Shown here in pieces: positions 60,013 through 64,000 of a stretch of 64,000 nucleotides of DNA (position 1 is the first letter of the stretch; each line of letters starts with the position of its first letter). The notes under the pieces were generated by a model. That model did no database searches. It was not told where the DNA came from and worked only from the letters and a program-made list of their open reading frames with translations. The translations under genes and the position numbers were made by a program. Location: positions 17,495 to 81,494 of IMG/VR virus record IMGVR_UViG_3300022928_001147; one strand, given 5' to 3'. Source of the stretch: a virus.

Positions 60013-62709
60013 TTAGAACGGTCCTGATTGTTGTTGTGCAGAGGCATTAGCTGCTTGTCTTGCTCTAAGCGCTCTTAGAGGTGCATCGTCGTATGTGCTG
60101 CCAGCAGATGGACTAGGAGCACTTGCTGGTCTGCTAGGTATAAACCCAGGATCAGCAGTATTAGCGCCATTTACGTTTGCCCTTGCTGCTGCTTCGCCAG
60201 CATCACCTTCCGAATTTGCGCCAACTTGTGGATTAGCTGGGGTTGGTGCTATTTGCGTTCCTGCATTATCAGTATTAAGAATACCGGATTGTGAAGGAGC
60301 AGTAAATGCCGAGTTTTGTCGTTGTCTACGAATTGTCTGGAGTTCTTGTGTAAACTCTCCGTTACTAAACACATTTTTACAAAATAAAACTTGATACAAT
60401 CCACTAAATTCTCCTACAGGAGCAGTTCCGCCACCTGGAAAATCCATATATCCTGTAGGACCATAGTCTAACGGAGTTCTAAAGTTGATTTCTATATCAA
60501 CTTCTCCGTTTTGATAATTCATTGTACCGTCCTTAGTAATATTTAAAATTCCTGGAACTTGAAGTGCGTTATAATTTCCCATTCCGCTATCACAAATGTA
60601 ATACGGATCTCCTAATATTTTTAGATCTACTGCAATTAAGTCTACAGGACTGTTCATTAATGCTTCATTAAAACTTCGAGCAATTTGTGATTCTGGACTT
60701 AAAAATCCAATGCCACCGTCTCGTCTATTTGGACCTGCAACAGCAGATTGCGCTCTTCCTAGTTCACCCGCTTGAGTGTTTCCTGGAGATACTCCTGGAG
60801 ATACATTAGGACCAGTTGCAGTTGTTTCCTGTGTTACTGATTGTTTGCTATCAGAACCCATCTGTCCCATATCGCCATTAATACTTGTAAAAAATGCTGC
60901 ATCAAATTTGATATTGAAATCAATGACGTCTTTATTTTTTCCAGTGTATATATAATTGTATTCTTTTATTGCCTGATTTTTTAACTGCGGAATACCAGGA
61001 CTGCTTTGACTCGGGCTCTGGAATTTACTAATATGAACAAGGTACGGTATTACTCGATAAACAAATATTCTCGAAGGAATACCAGTTGTTGAAACAACTT
61101 CAGCTGTAGAATCTGCATTAAAAACTTGTGATTCGATTCTAAACCACGGAATCATTCCATTCGAGTCAGGTTTCTTTGATGCAATGCTTCTGCCAAATTC
61201 ACTTGTAATAATAATTTCTTCAATTATAGTTTGAATTTTTTTACCTGAAGAAAATGTAGCTTGCCTAATGTCGCCTGTTAAGTTTACTAAACAACAGTTA
61301 ACTTCACCTTTAGTGTCTTCGTTTTCAGCGTTGGTAGGAGTTTGCATTGGACGGGTGCCGCCGTCAGTATTAGCATTAACAATCTTAGATTGTCCTATTT
61401 CATTTATATTAATTGATCGTTCAGCATATTCTCGAATATTTTCGCCAAAACTAGATCTTTTAACTGTTATACCTGCTGCATTAGCTATTTCATTCCTATA
61501 ATCAACAGGAACAGGCCCTTCAGTGTCACCGGTTGTAGATACATAGTATCTTTTTATTTCTTCGTCTGTAAATTCTCTAGTAGTTGCAGTATCGTCAGCT
61601 TGTTCAGGTTGTCCCATCATAAACTGAGTTGATTCTTGTGCAGACGAACTAGTAGTTGGAAACATTATAACGTACTGGTTTCCTTTTTTAACTTTGCCAG
61701 CACGTTCAGCAGCTATTTCTCTATTGTTTAATACACTAGTTAAACTTTTGGCGCCAGTTTGCAACATTTCTGCAACTGTTGCTCCAGCAAAACTTAAATC
61801 AGTGTGAGTATTTTGTGTTTCATCTGTTAATGCAACTTCGTGGTATGGTATTGCTTGTACTGTATATACACTACCGCCTTCTGCTACTTCAAATTCAATA
61901 TTTACAAATTTTAAAGGAAACATTCTACGCAAATTGCTAGCATGGATATAATTATTGCCGTCATCGTATCCTTTAAATTCTACTGAAAGTAAAAACGGTG
62001 CTTCAATATAATTGGGCTGTCCTGCTCTTTTAGCTGCTACTTGTAATGATTGTAAAAATAATCCCATACTGTATGGTTCAGTTACTTTAAAACTTATACT
62101 AGTTGCATTTGTTGATCGTGAATTAGGATTACCTGCTACTATTGTTTCTATTTCTACATCATCTATAAAATATTCTACTTTGCCTGCTGATTCATATAGC
62201 GTAGCACTGCCCGGAGTTGGGCCGCCTCCGCTTCTTAATATTACTACTCCTGGATCTCTTCTTCGATAGGTTAGATCAGGGAAGTTTAATTCAAAATCAC
62301 TTAGACAGCCTAACGTAAACACATAATTGTAACTTGCAAATTGTTCTAAAGGATTTGGCTGTTTGCCGGCACCTCCAAATACACTACCAAATCCGCCGCC
62401 AAAGGCTGCTCCTAAGAACCCACCAATGCCGCCCTTAATACCGTTTACTAAAGATGATCCTATTCCGTTAGCAATATTGCCAACAATACTTTGACCAATC
62501 CCTGGGCCAGTTAAACCGTTTAAACTATTTGCTAAGTTAACTGTTGCACCTTGTAATTCTTGCATAGATCCTGTTACAGAATCTACAACACCGTCTACTG
62601 CTATATTAGCACTTTGACGGAACTGGTTTGCGGCTGAAGCTACTTCAGTTTCTACATCTCTGCCAACTGCTTTTAAACGATTTGATAAATTCTGTGGAAT
62701 TAATGCCAT
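60013..62709 (-). CDS. Baseplate hub/tail protein (gp27/gp44-like)
   Basis: NPLEQFASYNY.FTL, EPYSMGLF, LKILGDPYY, FSGLYQV....N.FSNG.FTQ.L; position upstream of the spike gene. Confidence 0.6.
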   Translation of the reverse strand: MALIPQNLSNRLKAVGRDVETEVASAANQFRQSANIAVDGVVDSVTGSMQELQGATVNLANSLNGLTGPGIGQSIVGNIANGIGSSLVNGIKGGIGGFLGAAFGGGFGSVFGGAGKQPNPLEQFASYNYVFTLGCLSDFELNFPDLTYRRRDPGVVILRSGGGPTPGSATLYESAGKVEYFIDDVEIETIVAGNPNSRSTNATSISFKVTEPYSMGLFLQSLQVAAKRAGQPNYIEAPFLLSVEFKGYDDGNNYIHASNLRRMFPLKFVNIEFEVAEGGSVYTVQAIPYHEVALTDETQNTHTDLSFAGATVAEMLQTGAKSLTSVLNNREIAAERAGKVKKGNQYVIMFPTTSSSAQESTQFMMGQPEQADDTATTREFTDEEIKRYYVSTTGDTEGPVPVDYRNEIANAAGITVKRSSFGENIREYAERSININEIGQSKIVNANTDGGTRPMQTPTNAENEDTKGEVNCCLVNLTGDIRQATFSSGKKIQTIIEEIIITSEFGRSIASKKPDSNGMIPWFRIESQVFNADSTAEVVSTTGIPSRIFVYRVIPYLVHISKFQSPSQSSPGIPQLKNQAIKEYNYIYTGKNKDVIDFNIKFDAAFFTSINGDMGQMGSDSKQSVTQETTATGPNVSPGVSPGNTQAGELGRAQSAVAGPNRRDGGIGFLSPESQIARSFNEALMNSPVDLIAVDLKILGDPYYICDSGMGNYNALQVPGILNITKDGTMNYQNGEVDIEINFRTPLDYGPTGYMDFPGGGTAPVGEFSGLYQVLFCKNVFSNGEFTQELQTIRRQRQNSAFTAPSQSGILNTDNAGTQIAPTPANPQVGANSEGDAGEAAARANVNGANTADPGFIPSRPASAPSPSAGSTYDDAPLRALRARQAANASAQQQSGPF

Positions 62710-62710
62710 A

Positions 62711-63013
62711 TTATATCCCTAGTGTCCTTGTAAGTGCGTCGCCTTTTGGCACATAAATTTGGATACCTGCAATTAAATCAAATATAGGATCTTTAAGTAT
62801 TTCCATATTACGTTGTGCAAAGACCCACCAAAGATCTTTGTCGCCATACAAATCAAAAGCAAGTAAATCAGGGCGATGCGTATACTGAGGCTGTATTGTA
62901 ATTAATACATCATCTGATTCTGCAGGAATTGGACGTATTTTTAATATGTCAAGATACTGTCCGTCTTGAGTAGATGTATTATACCATGGACTGGTTCCGA
63001 TATATGCTGCCAT
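62711..63013 (-). CDS. Baseplate wedge gp53/LysM-like protein
   Basis: Y.HRPDLLAFDLYG...LWWVFAQRN...DPIFD...G..IYVP. Confidence 0.75.
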   Translation of the reverse strand: MAAYIGTSPWYNTSTQDGQYLDILKIRPIPAESDDVLITIQPQYTHRPDLLAFDLYGDKDLWWVFAQRNMEILKDPIFDLIAGIQIYVPKGDALTRTLGI

Positions 63014-63876
63014 TAGATAAATCCTTGTCCGTTGCCTTTAGCATATCCGCCACTGACAAATTTGTCTAAGCTAAATTGCTGCACAGCTCGTCTACTGTAA
63101 GTTGGCATTAACTGTATAGCAACTGAACACTTTGTCGGTGCCCATGTATCTAAAGATTTTACATAAATGTAATCAACATCAGGAGTTAAATCGCAAGTAA
63201 ATTGTGTAACTACTACTGGTACATTTTTAAATACAAAGTCACCATACCCATTAAGTTGTACCACTGGAGGAGGCGAACCTTGATTGCTTGAATTTCCATA
63301 AGACATCTTAGTAACACTTCTTAAGTAATGAATTACGGCAACCCAATATACACCTTCGGCTTCGCTTTCAACAATAAAGTCTCCGCTAATTTGAATAGTG
63401 TCTGGTTGGCTGTTTTGATACACTGGAAACGGATAGTTACTATGTGTAGGTTTAACTTGTGAGTAAGATGCACTATGACTCATAACAATTGCAGGAGTGT
63501 ATGGAAAAATCATTCCACTTGTTTTACCTAATGCTGCTGCAAGAGTTGGTTCTAGACCCATGCCAGGAGGCATTGAAAGCCTGACACGCCAATCATCATT
63601 ATCGGTTCCTTTCCAACTAACATCTGCAAATCCTACTCCGCCAGGCATTCCAAATTTAGGGAGGCCGCCTCCGCGAAGCAAACTCATAAAATTCTTAGCG
63701 GTAAATACATCCTCGGCTATACCTTTTACAGCATCACCAACTTGACCTATTAAACCTTGACCAAAGTTTGCTGCGCTACCCAACAGATTGCTTACCGACT
63801 GCTGGGGCGATATTGCATTACGAGCCTGCGAAGCTGCTGATGAAAGTTGTTGTCCTATGCCGCCAAATAGTGCCAT
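63013..63876 (-). CDS. Tail tube initiator/baseplate protein (gp48/gp54-like)
   Basis: GMIFPYTP.I, THSNY, YLRSVTKM.YG, PPPVV.LNGYG...F.NVPVVV; RBS AGGAG. Confidence 0.6.
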   Translation of the reverse strand: MALFGGIGQQLSSAASQARNAISPQQSVSNLLGSAANFGQGLIGQVGDAVKGIAEDVFTAKNFMSLLRGGGLPKFGMPGGVGFADVSWKGTDNDDWRVRLSMPPGMGLEPTLAAALGKTSGMIFPYTPAIVMSHSASYSQVKPTHSNYPFPVYQNSQPDTIQISGDFIVESEAEGVYWVAVIHYLRSVTKMSYGNSSNQGSPPPVVQLNGYGDFVFKNVPVVVTQFTCDLTPDVDYIYVKSLDTWAPTKCSVAIQLMPTYSRRAVQQFSLDKFVSGGYAKGNGQGFI

Positions 63877-63903
63877 TATTATTGTCTCCTATATGTTATT
63901 TAG

Positions 63904-63932
63904 TTGACAAAATTAACTGTGTATATTATAAT
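63904..63932 (+). promoter_or_regulatory. Perfect sigma70 consensus promoter, divergent from the tail module
   Basis: TTGACA (63904-63909)-17 nt-TATAAT (63927-63932); RBS GGAG at 63947-63950. Confidence 0.85.
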
Positions 63933-63955
63933 GTATTACAACCATTGGAGTTTTT

Positions 63956-64000
63956 ATGAGAAAAGTTAACTATTTAAATAATAAAGATATACTTAAAGAA
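63956..64000 (+). CDS. 5' end of a gene running off the window (MRKVNYLNNKDILKE...)
   Basis: ATG after the promoter and RBS; frame open to the window end. Confidence 0.65.
   Translation, partial: MRKVNYLNNKDILKE

Noticed and set aside
54460-63876. Bacterial contractile injection system (T6SS/eCIS/tailocin) rather than phage
   Set aside because: T4-like gene set and sizes, late-like TAAATA boxes and no T6SS membrane or ATPase genes favour a phage; capsid genes are not in the window, so this is not proven
1-64000. Stop-codon reassignment as seen in some large phages
   Set aside because: Standard code gives dense, overlapping full-length genes including a 4949-aa ORF; TAA, TGA and TAG all terminate genes
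1-64000. tRNA, rRNA, CRISPR array, transposase, intron or intein
   Set aside because: Intergenic gaps are very short, and no repeat-spacer, cloverleaf or mobile-element motifs were seen by eye

Overview
AT-rich, gene-dense segment of a large (jumbo-type) myovirus genome in the standard genetic code, mostly on the minus strand. The right half (32.4-63.9 kb) is a contractile-tail/baseplate module: gp48/54-, gp53-, hub-, gp5-, gp25- and gp6-like genes, a 4949-aa structural giant and three paralogous fibre/collar proteins. The left half (2.2-32.4 kb) is a ~30 kb enzyme island with 14 radical SAM genes in three architectural classes, one stand-alone SPASM-like Fe-S domain, 2 Fe/2OG oxygenases, a nitroreductase, 2 SGNH proteins, 2 methyltransferases, a QueC-like PP-loop ATPase, a PLP enzyme, an amidinotransferase, an arginyl-transferase-like protein and 3 glycosyltransferase genes. 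TctA, DctP and TctC transporter genes sit at the left end. Reading the intergenic DNA shows three in-frame mini-ORFs (30-41 aa). Each joins the first residues of one enzyme type to the last residues of a radical SAM gene, suggesting deletion scars of an expanding and contracting array that preserve translational coupling. Perfect or near-perfect sigma70 promoters and T4-late-like (A)TAAATA boxes are both present, and the late-like boxes head the structural genes as well as the radical SAM operons. My inference is a late-expressed, hypervariable modification system, possibly acting on the virion. All family assignments come from motif recognition by eye; no database search was run. No tRNA, rRNA, CRISPR array or transposase was seen.
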